Shown in pieces: positions 27,545 through 38,236 of a stretch of 64,000 nucleotides of DNA. The translations under genes were made by a program, and so were the position numbers. The stretch comes from a virus: IMG/VR virus record IMGVR_UViG_3300024996_000004, one strand, 5' to 3'. How positions within the stretch are numbered: position 1 is the stretch's first letter; every line of letters begins with the position of its first letter. A model generated the notes under the pieces. That model saw only the letters and a program-made list of their open reading frames with translations. It ran no database searches and was not told the DNA's origin.

Positions 27545-30001
27545 TTATAATTTACATGCACTGCAATCATCTTCTTCAACTATTTCATCTTTTTCTATTT
27601 CAATTGATTTTTTTGGAATAGATTGTGTTGAAGTTTCTTTTAGATAATCGTCAGTTGCGCCGTCATAAATGTTGTTATAATACAAAGTAGTTCCACCTAA
27701 ATTATAATGCATAAAAATATCTGATATAATAGTATCAAATGGTATTTTTCCATTAAATTTTTCAGGATTATACGATGTATTGACAGATGTAGCTTGATCA
27801 ATCCATTTTGATATGACACCAATAACTTTTAGATAATTAGTTGCACCCTGTTGATCCCACAAAAGATCATATTTGTTTTTTAATCTAATATATTCTGGAA
27901 CTACCAGTTTAAGAACACCATCTTTTGATTTCTTTTTGGACACTAAAGTTCTCGGTGGTTCGACACCATTAGTAGCTCCAACTAATTGACTAGAACTCTC
28001 ACTAGGCATATTGGCTAGTAATGAAGCGTTTCTTATACCATAAGTCAACAAATCAGTACGCAATGATTCCCAATCCATCCTAAGCTTCATCGGTACTAAC
28101 TTATCAATCGCTTTAGCACGGCGTTCCCAAGGAAATTCTCCTTTAGCCCATTTTGTACGTTTCCATGCTTTACATGGACCAAATTCTTTGGCTAATTGTA
28201 CAGAAGCTTTTATAGCATAATATGACATAGCTTCCATATATTCATCTACTAATTCTAATGCAGAATCATCATATTTGACTCCATGTTTAGCCAAGAAATA
28301 CGCAAGATTATTAATACCTATACCTAATGTTCTAAAATCTTTTGTAGATAATTCTGATTCGATTAATGGATAATCTTGATAAGTGAGAATTGCGTCTAAT
28401 GCTCTAATAGCAGCTTCCATAGGTTTTTCAAAATCTTCGGGTTTCTTAATATTCCCCCAATTTATAGCACTCAATGTGCATAAGAAAATTCTTCCACTAT
28501 TTAAAGTTACACCATAAACAACACCATCATTAGTAACTTCTAATCGTTTATATTTAACAATCTCTTTATCGTCATTCCACTTTAAAATGGTTTCTAATTC
28601 AATATTTAATGGAATTTTTACTATTGTTTCATTTTGGGTTCCTAAAGGTTTAGAATTTAGTAATATTTCTTGACACAAGTTTGATTGCTCAATAGGATCA
28701 ATATCAGGATCATAAGGACTATGATAATTAGCATTATCAATATTCAATAAATAAATTCGTCCTGTGTTGACACGTTCTTCAATGAATTCATCCATTAATC
28801 CATATGCTGATATTCTCTTGGCATTGGCGAATTTTGGATCATTTTCATATTTTTCATATAACTTTTCAAAAGCATCGTTATCTGAATGATAAAAAGCTTT
28901 CATTAAGTCTGGAACATCGGATGGATTAAACAATGTAATGACGCCATCTTCTGCTACACGCTTATAGAATAATCTATTGACAGTAAATGAATAATCCATT
29001 TGTCGTACACGATTATCTTCAGTACCTTTATTATTCTTAAGAACCAATTGATTTTCGATTTCTGGGTGAAAATAGATAATATGAGTTGTCATAGAACCAT
29101 TACGCACCGCACCTTGTGAGCATGATTTTAGTGAAGCTTGGAAAGTTTTCAAAAAAGGTGTAACACCAGTATGCACAGCATTGCCGCCACGAATGGCAGA
29201 ACCTTGGGCACGAATTCTTCCAACGCTTAAGCCAATACCGGCCTTTCTAGAAACATAATCAATAATGGCCGCATTGCCAGCTTTGATACTAGTCAGAGAA
29301 TCATCGACACTAATACCGACACAGGAACTAAATTGACGTTCACTTGTTCTTAGTCCAGCTAATACAGGAGTTGGAATAGTTATATAAAATTGACTCAATG
29401 AATTATAATAATCTTTTACGCATTTCAATCTAATATCTTCAGGGTAAGCATTAAAAGCTGTTGCAGCTATAAGCATATATGCAATTTGTGGGGTTTCATA
29501 TTTTTGCTTAGTTACGCGATTTTGTACAAGATATTTGCTAACCCATTGTTCCATACCAGCATAAACTATGTCAAAATCTCTATTATGCTTTATGGCTTTA
29601 TTTAACTCTTCAAATTCTTCAACAGTATACCAATTTAACAATTCGGCAGTATAAACTCCATTTTCAACATTATTTTTGACGATAGTATACAAATCAAAAG
29701 GTAAAGATTGACCATATATTTCTTTTCTTAATTGATAATTTAATAACCGTGAGGCAACTAATTGATAATTGGGAGCTTCTTCTGAAATAAGATCGGCAGC
29801 AGTTTTAATCAATGTATTATGAATTTGATTGGTTGTAATATCTTCAAAGAATTTTAGTTGACTTTTCATTTCTAATTCTGAAATAGAAACGCCGTTTATT
29901 CCTTCGCATGCCCATGTCACCACTTTATGTATTTTATCTAAATTAAGTTTTTCTCTTTCACCGCTTCTTTTCACCACTAAAATTTTACTATCATCAACCA
30001 T
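27545..30001 (-). CDS. nrdA: Ribonucleotide reductase class Ia alpha subunit with ATP cone
   Basis: VVKRSG, QFSSC, SNLCQE, LCTL, MPSESSSQ, TLYY, C-terminal CSACKL. Confidence 0.97.
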   Translation of the reverse strand: MVDDSKILVVKRSGEREKLNLDKIHKVVTWACEGINGVSISELEMKSQLKFFEDITTNQIHNTLIKTAADLISEEAPNYQLVASRLLNYQLRKEIYGQSLPFDLYTIVKNNVENGVYTAELLNWYTVEEFEELNKAIKHNRDFDIVYAGMEQWVSKYLVQNRVTKQKYETPQIAYMLIAATAFNAYPEDIRLKCVKDYYNSLSQFYITIPTPVLAGLRTSERQFSSCVGISVDDSLTSIKAGNAAIIDYVSRKAGIGLSVGRIRAQGSAIRGGNAVHTGVTPFLKTFQASLKSCSQGAVRNGSMTTHIIYFHPEIENQLVLKNNKGTEDNRVRQMDYSFTVNRLFYKRVAEDGVITLFNPSDVPDLMKAFYHSDNDAFEKLYEKYENDPKFANAKRISAYGLMDEFIEERVNTGRIYLLNIDNANYHSPYDPDIDPIEQSNLCQEILLNSKPLGTQNETIVKIPLNIELETILKWNDDKEIVKYKRLEVTNDGVVYGVTLNSGRIFLCTLSAINWGNIKKPEDFEKPMEAAIRALDAILTYQDYPLIESELSTKDFRTLGIGINNLAYFLAKHGVKYDDSALELVDEYMEAMSYYAIKASVQLAKEFGPCKAWKRTKWAKGEFPWERRAKAIDKLVPMKLRMDWESLRTDLLTYGIRNASLLANMPSESSSQLVGATNGVEPPRTLVSKKKSKDGVLKLVVPEYIRLKNKYDLLWDQQGATNYLKVIGVISKWIDQATSVNTSYNPEKFNGKIPFDTIISDIFMHYNLGGTTLYYNNIYDGATDDYLKETSTQSIPKKSIEIEKDEIVEEDDCSACKL

Positions 30002-30112
30002 GTTTCTTAATTTCCTTTATGTTCTTATTTTTGTTTCGTATATCTTTGAGTGGAAATATTTAGAGGCTTCCAGAGAAACCCTAAAATTCCAATCTAAATC
30101 ATCATCTTGGGT

Positions 30113-30634
30113 TCAACTTAAAAATTTTTCATAATCTTCTATTAGAGAATATCGAATAGCATAATAAAATGGTATATTATAAATGATTATTTCACTGTTA
30201 GAAGATATACCTTCTAACAAATTATCGAAAGAATATTGATACTTCAATATTTCTTGAAATAAATTTATACCATTTTGTCCATAGTTATTAACAAGCTTAT
30301 TCAATGTGCTTTTATGTTCATCTGTATCTGTAACATTCTTTGAGAAGATATATTTGTATCCATTAATAGGAAATATAAAAAATGGTTCTAATCCGTCATC
30401 TATAATGGGATCAAATCCATTCATTCCATGTGCGAATATTGAACGATTAATCAAATCTTTATATTCCGAAAAAGTATTATTAAATACTTTTACAAATTCA
30501 TCATTTAATTTTTTCTTCTTTCTTACTTTAACTTTTCGAAATCCATATTGATTTCTAGGCAAGTTTTTGAGCAAAGGAAATCCATGAGAATTTTCCAAAA
30601 ATTCTGAACATTCATTAGCTATGGTCGGTAACAT
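30113..30634 (-). CDS. Conserved hypothetical protein
   Basis: ORF. Confidence 0.75.
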   Translation of the reverse strand: MLPTIANECSEFLENSHGFPLLKNLPRNQYGFRKVKVRKKKKLNDEFVKVFNNTFSEYKDLINRSIFAHGMNGFDPIIDDGLEPFFIFPINGYKYIFSKNVTDTDEHKSTLNKLVNNYGQNGINLFQEILKYQYSFDNLLEGISSNSEIIIYNIPFYYAIRYSLIEDYEKFLS

Positions 30635-30687
30635 TTGTGTCTCATATTTCTAAATATATAGTAATTTATCCGAGTAGGACCAAGAAC

Positions 30688-31335
30688 ATGAATAATAGCA
30701 AAATGCGTCCATCGTTGCAAGAATTTTATAATAAAGTTTCGGGACGCACAGTTTATGTTATTGGTGGTGGTCCAAGTTATAATGAGATTGATAAATCTTT
30801 GTTAAAGGATAAATCTATTATATGTATTAATACTGCCTATAAAGAATTTCCAGATGCTACAGCATTGTATTGGTGTGATGAAAGTTGGGTAGCTAAGCAT
30901 TATGATAACATTATGAACCATCCATGTCCATTAAGATTTACCGCTAGACATTCTGCAGATGGTTATATACAAAAGAATCTTTGTGTCACAGGAAACGCTA
31001 CTGTGTTAAAACGTAGTGGAGATTATGGATTAGATATGGATGTTAATAATGTTAGAGGAAATAATAGCGGAGCGCATGTAATAAATTTATTAGCCAACAT
31101 GAGAGTTCATAGAATCGTGCTTATAGGATTTGATATGTCGTTACAAAACAGGAAATCGCATTGGCATGAAGGTCATGGATTGCCTATGGGAAATCATATC
31201 TATGATGAATTATTCATTCCATCTATTAATAGCATGGCACCGGGATTGAAAAACATGAAAATAGACGTTGTTAATTGTTCATTAAAAAGTGCTCTTAACT
31301 GTTTCCCCAAAGTCGAATTTAAGGACTGTGTTTAA
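30688..31335 (+). CDS. MAF/DUF115 (GT29/42-like) sugar transferase-fold protein
   Basis: VYVIGGGPS, ICIN, NSG..VINL, IVLIGFDM..HW. Confidence 0.75.
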   Translation: MNNSKMRPSLQEFYNKVSGRTVYVIGGGPSYNEIDKSLLKDKSIICINTAYKEFPDATALYWCDESWVAKHYDNIMNHPCPLRFTARHSADGYIQKNLCVTGNATVLKRSGDYGLDMDVNNVRGNNSGAHVINLLANMRVHRIVLIGFDMSLQNRKSHWHEGHGLPMGNHIYDELFIPSINSMAPGLKNMKIDVVNCSLKSALNCFPKVEFKDCV

Positions 31336-31336
31336 T

Positions 31337-31993
31337 ATGTGTGATAAAGTTACTATCGCAATGGTATTGAAAACGGGTGGCGTATATGATCATACTTATG
31401 TTAATGCATTGGCCAAATCTATCAAAGATAATGTTACTATAGATCATGAATTAGTATGTATTACTGATGACCCAAAAGGATTTTCTTCTGATGTCGATAA
31501 AGCAATTAGATTGTCAAATAATTTTCCGACATGGTGGAGTAAAATTGAACTGTTTAAAAAAGATAAATTTGAAACAAATAAAGTGTTTTATCTTGATTTA
31601 GACACTGTGGTTATTGATAACATTGATCATATCCTCAAATATAATGGATATTTTTTAGCATTGAAGGATTTTTATAATTTGTATAATCTCGGTAGCGGAT
31701 TAATGCTATTTAATCCTAATGAAGTTAATCAAATATATGATAAATTTTTACCTAGAGCTAGAGAAATTTCGGTAAATTATCGAGAAGGGGATCAACGATG
31801 GATTGGAGAAACTTGTGGAAAATTTAAATTTTTTCAAGATTTATTTCGCGATGAAATTGTTTCTTTTAAAGTCCATTGTAGAGATGAAATTACTAAAGAC
31901 ATAAAAATTCCAGATAGAGCTAAAATTGTATGTTTTCATGGATTGCCTAGACCACATATGATAGATCATCCTATTCTCAAAAAATACTGGTAA
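31337..31993 (+). CDS. GT-A (GT8-like) glycosyltransferase
   Basis: WWSKIELF, YLDLD, GSGLM.F, GDQ.WI, VCFHG.PRP. Confidence 0.85.
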   Translation: MCDKVTIAMVLKTGGVYDHTYVNALAKSIKDNVTIDHELVCITDDPKGFSSDVDKAIRLSNNFPTWWSKIELFKKDKFETNKVFYLDLDTVVIDNIDHILKYNGYFLALKDFYNLYNLGSGLMLFNPNEVNQIYDKFLPRAREISVNYREGDQRWIGETCGKFKFFQDLFRDEIVSFKVHCRDEITKDIKIPDRAKIVCFHGLPRPHMIDHPILKKYW

Positions 31994-32000
31994 TAATCTT

Positions 32001-32008
32001 TATAAATA
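32001..32008 (+). promoter_or_regulatory. T4-type late promoter
   Basis: TATAAATA. Confidence 0.75.
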
Positions 32009-32029
32009 TGATCATAATTGGTTTATTCA

Positions 32030-35000
32030 ATGGCAACAATCTCATATACTTGCAATGTTTGCGATAGAAGTATTGATCTTCTGGAAAATCCTACTGGATT
32101 AACAACATTTTTTAAATGTATAATTACAGCTGGATGCAGAGGCAAACTTGTCACGGTTAAAAGAAATCCAGATAATTTTAGGGAAAGCTTTCCCGCAGAA
32201 GTGAGTGGTCTTATTGATTATTCTCCAAGAAATATTTTATTCAATTATGAACAACAATCTCCTAATAATACATGGAGCATTCAACATAATCTTGGAGTAT
32301 CACCTGCTGTTACTGTATATGTAAAAGCCGTTGATGGTACATTATCAGAGCTTAATCCTAATGATTATCAAATAAATTTTATAAATTCTAACAAAATTAT
32401 TATTACATTTAATGCATATTATAGTGGTGAAGCTCAATTAGTTGCTAGAACTTCTGCTAAAAGCATTCCATCATCAGTTCCACAAAGTGTTTCTTTATCT
32501 CAAGCAACATCAAATGGTTATTTTGTATTTGCCATTCCAAAATATTTAACACAATTTACATATCCACCACAACTATTGCCAACTCCACCACTACCCTATG
32601 ATCTTGCTAATAATACAAATATTAGAATAGAAATTACTATCACTAAACCTAATCAAGAACCTGAAATATGTACAGAATTCTTGTCATCATCTTTGATTAA
32701 CACGCCTTGGAATGGTTGGAATGAAATATTAGTTCGTCGTCGTAAAAATTGTTATTTATTTTCCAAAAGCATCTTAAATTTAAGAACTTTAGGTGGAGAA
32801 ACTATTAAATTCTCAGATATTCCTAATGGGACTCAATTAACTATAACAAGAATTGATTATGGTATGGGAACTTTACAACCTATAGATAATGAAGGGTTAT
32901 TTATTTTATTAGCTAACCCACCTTATACGCCTAATGATAAAATCAAGGATAAAGTCATTGATGTTGGTGACATGGTAACTAATACATACAACAGTTTTTC
33001 ATATCTAACATCTGATTTCTTTACTAATCCATTGAATGTTAATAAAATATATCCTGAAATAATTCAAGTTAAGCCTGTATTTCCTATTCCGCCTAGCGTC
33101 ACGCCATATCCTACATCGACACCTACACCATCAGCTATACCATCTATGCCAAGCAATTTATATGTTGGTGGAGATTTTTATTTAACGCCGAATGCAAAAT
33201 ATTCGCCAAATATAGGAGTTCTTGATTCTACAGGTGTGCCTGTATCAAGCAACTTATCTATATTCTCATATAATAGTTCCAATCCATATACCTATTTTCA
33301 AGCTTTAGATGGAAAGATGTATATAGGTGGTAATTTTTATCCAGATCAAATAAATTTTTGGGGATTATTAAGATTGAATTCTGATGGAACTTTAGATAAT
33401 TCTTATACTAATTATGCAAGTGGAGCAGTAGGCAAAATTATTCAAGTTACAAATGGTAAATTGTATATTGCAGGAGGTACTATAAGTGATGGTACACACA
33501 ATTATTCAGGATTAGCTAGATTAAATTCTGATGGAACTTTGGACACAACTTTTGTTGGGTTAACATTTGATGCTGGAGGTATATATGACATGATAGAAAC
33601 GTCTGACAGTAAAATATATATTGTTGGATCATTTTCTACAGTAAATTCATCTCCATATAAATCGGTGGCTAGATTAAATTCTGATGGAACTTTGGATACG
33701 ACTTTCAGTAATTTAGCGTTTAGTAATGGATATTGCAAAAGTACATTACAAACGGATGATGGAAAAATTTATATAGGTGGATATTTCGCTTTAGTCTCTG
33801 GATATACTTATTCTTGTCTCGTCAGACTAAATTCTGATGGAACTTTGGATACGACTTTCGTCAATATTGATGCAAATGATATTGTAAACGATATGATTCA
33901 ATCATTAGATGGCAAAATATATATTGCTGGTGCATTTGCTTCACCAACAAATAGAATAGCACGTCTAAATTCTGATGGATCATTAGATAGTAGTTTCACT
34001 GGAGTACCTTTCAATCCAGTTTCATCTATATTTCAAACGTCTGATAATAAAATATATGTCGGTGGACAACTTTTATCAACATACACAGGACTTGCACGAC
34101 TGAATTCTGATGGTACTGTGGATAGTACATTTGAAGATGTACATACATATGTTGATGATTCTAACGATGGAAATATTACTGACATTGGTCAAGCTGCAAA
34201 TGGTAATATTTACATTGTAGGTAATATTGCATATTTAAATTATTCGGTTTCTGGTGTTGCATTTAACAAATTTGATAGTAATGACAACCTAGATTCAAAT
34301 TATTCTATTATACCAGATTCGAATGATTATCCACGTCCCACAGTTTATTGTTCTACCAAATTTAATGACAAAATATTTATTGGCGGTAATTATACTGATA
34401 ATAGTGGTTATACTTGGTTAAGTCGATTGAATACTGATGGAAGTATTGATGACACGTTTGGTATGCACACATTCACTGGGTCTGGTGAAAGTGGTGGTGC
34501 TATATTTGCATTGTTAAATATTTCGAACACAGTACTTTATGTTGGTGGAGCATTTAGTGATGTAGATGGCATATCTAATTCTTCAGGTTTAATGAAATTA
34601 GATTCTTCAGGAGAAATAATAACATATAAATCACCTTTTAATTATATTTCATTACGTAGTTTATTACATTCATCAGATGACAAAATATATGTTGGTGGAT
34701 ATTTTACGGATACTTATGATAGTTCTAGTAATTTTTATGAATATGATAATCTGTGCAGATTAAATGTGGATGGAACGTTAGATACTACATTTACCAATAT
34801 TACTGTGGATGGACAAAATTTGACTGATGTCGTATATGCATTATTGCAAACTGTTGATGGAAAAATTTATGTTGGTGGTAATTTTTATAATGATATTTGT
34901 TCTTATCTTCTTAGATTAAATTCTGATGGAACTTTGGATACAACATTTACACCTAATGTTAATCTTGGAATTGACTCTAGTGTTTTTGCTTTATTACAAA

Positions 35001-35326
35001 CTAATGATGGTAAAATTTATGTAGGTGGCTCCTTTGCATCAGTATTCGAAGGTACATATAAAAACTTATTCAGATTAAATTCTGATGGAACTTTAGATAC
35101 TTCATTTAATCCAATAGATTTTGAAGGTGATAATTTAGTAGTTAATAGTTTACATGTTAATTCCTTGGGTTATATATACGTTGGAGGAAGTTTCTCCACT
35201 GTTGATGGTCACACTTATACCTCATTATGTAAATTAAATCCTGATGGAACATTGAACACAAGTTTTGCAAATACCTCATATCCAACTATATCACAACCAT
35301 CTGTTTACACTATAGTAGAAACTTAA
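32030..35326 (+). CDS. Virion structural/fibre protein with delta-60 (DUF5122) beta-propeller repeats
   Basis: N-terminal CxxC...C..C; WSIQHNLG; Pro/Thr linker; about 14 units of Q.DGKIYVGG...RLNSDGTLDTTF. Confidence 0.85.
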   Translation: MATISYTCNVCDRSIDLLENPTGLTTFFKCIITAGCRGKLVTVKRNPDNFRESFPAEVSGLIDYSPRNILFNYEQQSPNNTWSIQHNLGVSPAVTVYVKAVDGTLSELNPNDYQINFINSNKIIITFNAYYSGEAQLVARTSAKSIPSSVPQSVSLSQATSNGYFVFAIPKYLTQFTYPPQLLPTPPLPYDLANNTNIRIEITITKPNQEPEICTEFLSSSLINTPWNGWNEILVRRRKNCYLFSKSILNLRTLGGETIKFSDIPNGTQLTITRIDYGMGTLQPIDNEGLFILLANPPYTPNDKIKDKVIDVGDMVTNTYNSFSYLTSDFFTNPLNVNKIYPEIIQVKPVFPIPPSVTPYPTSTPTPSAIPSMPSNLYVGGDFYLTPNAKYSPNIGVLDSTGVPVSSNLSIFSYNSSNPYTYFQALDGKMYIGGNFYPDQINFWGLLRLNSDGTLDNSYTNYASGAVGKIIQVTNGKLYIAGGTISDGTHNYSGLARLNSDGTLDTTFVGLTFDAGGIYDMIETSDSKIYIVGSFSTVNSSPYKSVARLNSDGTLDTTFSNLAFSNGYCKSTLQTDDGKIYIGGYFALVSGYTYSCLVRLNSDGTLDTTFVNIDANDIVNDMIQSLDGKIYIAGAFASPTNRIARLNSDGSLDSSFTGVPFNPVSSIFQTSDNKIYVGGQLLSTYTGLARLNSDGTVDSTFEDVHTYVDDSNDGNITDIGQAANGNIYIVGNIAYLNYSVSGVAFNKFDSNDNLDSNYSIIPDSNDYPRPTVYCSTKFNDKIFIGGNYTDNSGYTWLSRLNTDGSIDDTFGMHTFTGSGESGGAIFALLNISNTVLYVGGAFSDVDGISNSSGLMKLDSSGEIITYKSPFNYISLRSLLHSSDDKIYVGGYFTDTYDSSSNFYEYDNLCRLNVDGTLDTTFTNITVDGQNLTDVVYALLQTVDGKIYVGGNFYNDICSYLLRLNSDGTLDTTFTPNVNLGIDSSVFALLQTNDGKIYVGGSFASVFEGTYKNLFRLNSDGTLDTSFNPIDFEGDNLVVNSLHVNSLGYIYVGGSFSTVDGHTYTSLCKLNPDGTLNTSFANTSYPTISQPSVYTIVET

Positions 35327-35336
35327 GGATAAGAAT

Positions 35337-36281
35337 ATGCAATTAAATTTTCGACAAGGTATTGTAGCTAATCAACTATTGCCTAAATTTTTACAAAAAA
35401 ATATTAGAGGAAATATAAATTTTGATGCATCCGTATCACAGACTGTTTTAAATTTTATAGATGGTTCTTCAAATTATTTGAAATATGAATCCATTTCAAT
35501 TGAAGATGCGTGGATCGTTCCTCAAAATCAAGCATGTTGGCTGTATTGGGATATAAACATAGAAGATGCATCTAGAACTTTTGGATATACTTTACAAAAT
35601 CCATTTTTAACTACTATACCAAGTAATCCAGAAATAGATCAAATGTTTTTTGATACTGATAATAACGTTTACAAAGCTTGGAATGGAATAAATTGGGCTA
35701 AAGTTATTCGAATTATTGCAGGTTATGTTGATGCGTCTGGTAATGTATTAACACAAGCTACAGGATCGCAAGTAAATTTATATATCACTTGTGTAAGCGA
35801 TCAAATTGTATTCGATGATGTAGACCTTCCGATCAAGTTATATACTGATAATGGATTTGAGTTTTATAACAAGACTACTATATTAAACTTTAAAAATACA
35901 TCAGTTGATTCATTTACTTATGATAGATTATTAAAATCTTGTGGAATAAGCGATGTAGACATTACTAAACATTATTGTGTAGTATGGTCAACTGAAAATC
36001 ATTTAACTGTGGCCGATCCTTCTTTAACTACTCAACCAGCTTTCGCATTGGCTGAACGATCATCACTTACAGGAGAGTTAGTTAATCTTATTTTTGAAGG
36101 ATTCGTAGTGAATAAAACAGATTGGCTTTGGACATATCCTTCAGGAACCCCATTATTCTTGAGTAATGATGGGACTTTATCTGTATCAGTCGATGCAACT
36201 TTATCTATTCAGAGAGTTGGATATATCGTATCGCCTAATACAATATATATAAATTTTGATACACAATACATCAAACATTAA
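35337..36281 (+). CDS. Virion structural protein (tail/fibre-associated)
   Basis: MFFDT....K.WNG..W; C-terminal capsid-fibre-like domain; late operon. Confidence 0.7.
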   Translation: MQLNFRQGIVANQLLPKFLQKNIRGNINFDASVSQTVLNFIDGSSNYLKYESISIEDAWIVPQNQACWLYWDINIEDASRTFGYTLQNPFLTTIPSNPEIDQMFFDTDNNVYKAWNGINWAKVIRIIAGYVDASGNVLTQATGSQVNLYITCVSDQIVFDDVDLPIKLYTDNGFEFYNKTTILNFKNTSVDSFTYDRLLKSCGISDVDITKHYCVVWSTENHLTVADPSLTTQPAFALAERSSLTGELVNLIFEGFVVNKTDWLWTYPSGTPLFLSNDGTLSVSVDATLSIQRVGYIVSPNTIYINFDTQYIKH

Positions 36282-36331
36282 TCAAGATTGACGTATTATT
36301 TTATAAATAATGTAATAATATAGTATTTAAT

Positions 36332-37126
36332 ATGGATGTATATGGCAATCTAAAATTATTGGGTAATTCCTCAATAATTAATACGCGACTAGAAAATAAA
36401 TCTGCCGACCCAACTTTTGATGCTACTGAAGTTGGGTTAATTTATTTTAATTCGGTTTCATCAACTATACGATTGAACAATGGTACAGAGTTCATTGATA
36501 TCACACTCCCAACAGGATTCAATAATCTAATAACTACATTAGGATCGAATTGGATTGGTAGTCAATACAATTTTATTCCTAGTGCATTTGATGATTTTGA
36601 ATATGTTTCCGATTTAACAGCTAACAGCACATTATTTGATGTTCTCAAACAGTTTGATACTGCTATTAAAAACACCAATGTAACAAAACTTGTTGATCTT
36701 TCAGATGTTATTGTCACTAATGATGTCACTGCTGGCGATGTTATGATTAGCACTGGTGCAGAATTTACATTTAGTTCTATTGCAGATGCAATTCAAGCTT
36801 ACGGCAATGTTAATTTATCCGATCTTAAAGATGTTAATAGTAGTGAATTATCTGATGGTAATGTGTTAATATGGAATGATACGTCTTCCAAATATCTTCC
36901 AGCAAATATGTATCAGACCATTGAAAGTTTTGGTTCTGTAACATCACACACTATAACACATACTTTAAACGTTTTATATTGTCAAGTAACTATTATTGAC
37001 ATGAATACTCAAAATGCTATCAATGATGCTGAAATAAATTTCTCTGCCATTAATGAAATCACTATCACATTGCAAAGTGCTGCGCCTATTACAGTATTAG
37101 TATCAGCTACACCAACTTTTATTTAA
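36332..37126 (+). CDS. Virion structural protein (fibre-like)
   Basis: GLIYFN, L.DLSDV repeats, ITHTLN; TATAAATA at 36302. Confidence 0.75.
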   Translation: MDVYGNLKLLGNSSIINTRLENKSADPTFDATEVGLIYFNSVSSTIRLNNGTEFIDITLPTGFNNLITTLGSNWIGSQYNFIPSAFDDFEYVSDLTANSTLFDVLKQFDTAIKNTNVTKLVDLSDVIVTNDVTAGDVMISTGAEFTFSSIADAIQAYGNVNLSDLKDVNSSELSDGNVLIWNDTSSKYLPANMYQTIESFGSVTSHTITHTLNVLYCQVTIIDMNTQNAINDAEINFSAINEITITLQSAAPITVLVSATPTFI

Positions 37127-37337
37127 CTTTTACAACGGCTCCATTCTTACATTGAACGGAATATATGGCTCCTGAAAATCCCACTTTGATTTGTGTTATA
37201 GGCTCATCACCACAAAGTGCTTGATAAGCTTTTATATTTTCTGGATTTAATGGATATCTTATAGTTATTCCTATCAACATTCCCAGAAATATACCTAATA
37301 AAAACGACACGATAAAATTCTCTAAACGATTATGCAT
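37119..37337 (-). CDS. Small membrane-anchored protein
   Basis: N-terminal TM helix, two Cys. Confidence 0.65.
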   Translation of the reverse strand: MHNRLENFIVSFLLGIFLGMLIGITIRYPLNPENIKAYQALCGDEPITQIKVGFSGAIYSVQCKNGAVVKVK

Positions 37338-37441
37338 AATTTTTTCATTTTTAATGTTTTATTTATGAATTTCATTTTAGTGTTAGGTTATATGGTTTTC
37401 TATTAAAGTTTAATAAATAATGTAAACTTATTGGAAATATC

Positions 37442-38236
37442 ATGTTTAATATTGGCGATCTTATTTATTTTTTAAATACTGGAACAGTTACATATGGCGT
37501 TTGTACATCTATAAACTACACTAGTGGCGCTATTGTTAGCTATAATGTTACAACACTTGATTCACCTTCTTCAGATTATACTGTACTTGTTGCTAATGCA
37601 TATCCATCGGGAACTATTTTAGTTACACCAAGTCCTACAATAACCATTACACCTACTATAAGTAATTCGCGGTCTGTTACCCCGACTCCTACAGTAACAA
37701 TGACGCCAAGTGCTTCAAATCCACAGTATCCAAACTTATTTCCGTCAAACGATACTTCAGGTTGGACAGCTACTAATGCTACTCTTTCTGTAGTATCCAA
37801 TGAATTAAATTTATTAAGTGCTTCAACTGATCAAAACAGTTATCCCAAATTCACCAAAACATTTACAGTTAATGCATATTCATATTATAACTTAAATTTC
37901 AAACATGTTCAAGGAACTGGACGGTATTTCACTCTACAAATTGATGCTAATGGTCCAATCACTTTTTCGTTAAATAATAGTGGGATGGGATCGGCGTTTT
38001 CTAATCCCATCCCACTTCATGATAGTGGAACGGTGAATGTAACAATGCTTCTTCGCAATGTTACCAGCATCACAGTAACCATAGTGATGTATGAAGATTC
38101 TAATTATAACTCTCCTATGTCTTCGGGATATAATTATATTTTATCAAATACATTGTTACAAGAAATATTCACTAACGTTTCTCTGACGCCTCCACCGTCA
38201 GTAACTCCAACCCCTACACCGTCATCTAGTGGTTAA
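37442..38236 (+). CDS. Structural protein: FNxGD domain + TP linker + CBM-like domain
   Basis: Short paralog of N-terminal part of 40631 protein. Confidence 0.8.
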   Translation: MFNIGDLIYFLNTGTVTYGVCTSINYTSGAIVSYNVTTLDSPSSDYTVLVANAYPSGTILVTPSPTITITPTISNSRSVTPTPTVTMTPSASNPQYPNLFPSNDTSGWTATNATLSVVSNELNLLSASTDQNSYPKFTKTFTVNAYSYYNLNFKHVQGTGRYFTLQIDANGPITFSLNNSGMGSAFSNPIPLHDSGTVNVTMLLRNVTSITVTIVMYEDSNYNSPMSSGYNYILSNTLLQEIFTNVSLTPPPSVTPTPTPSSSG

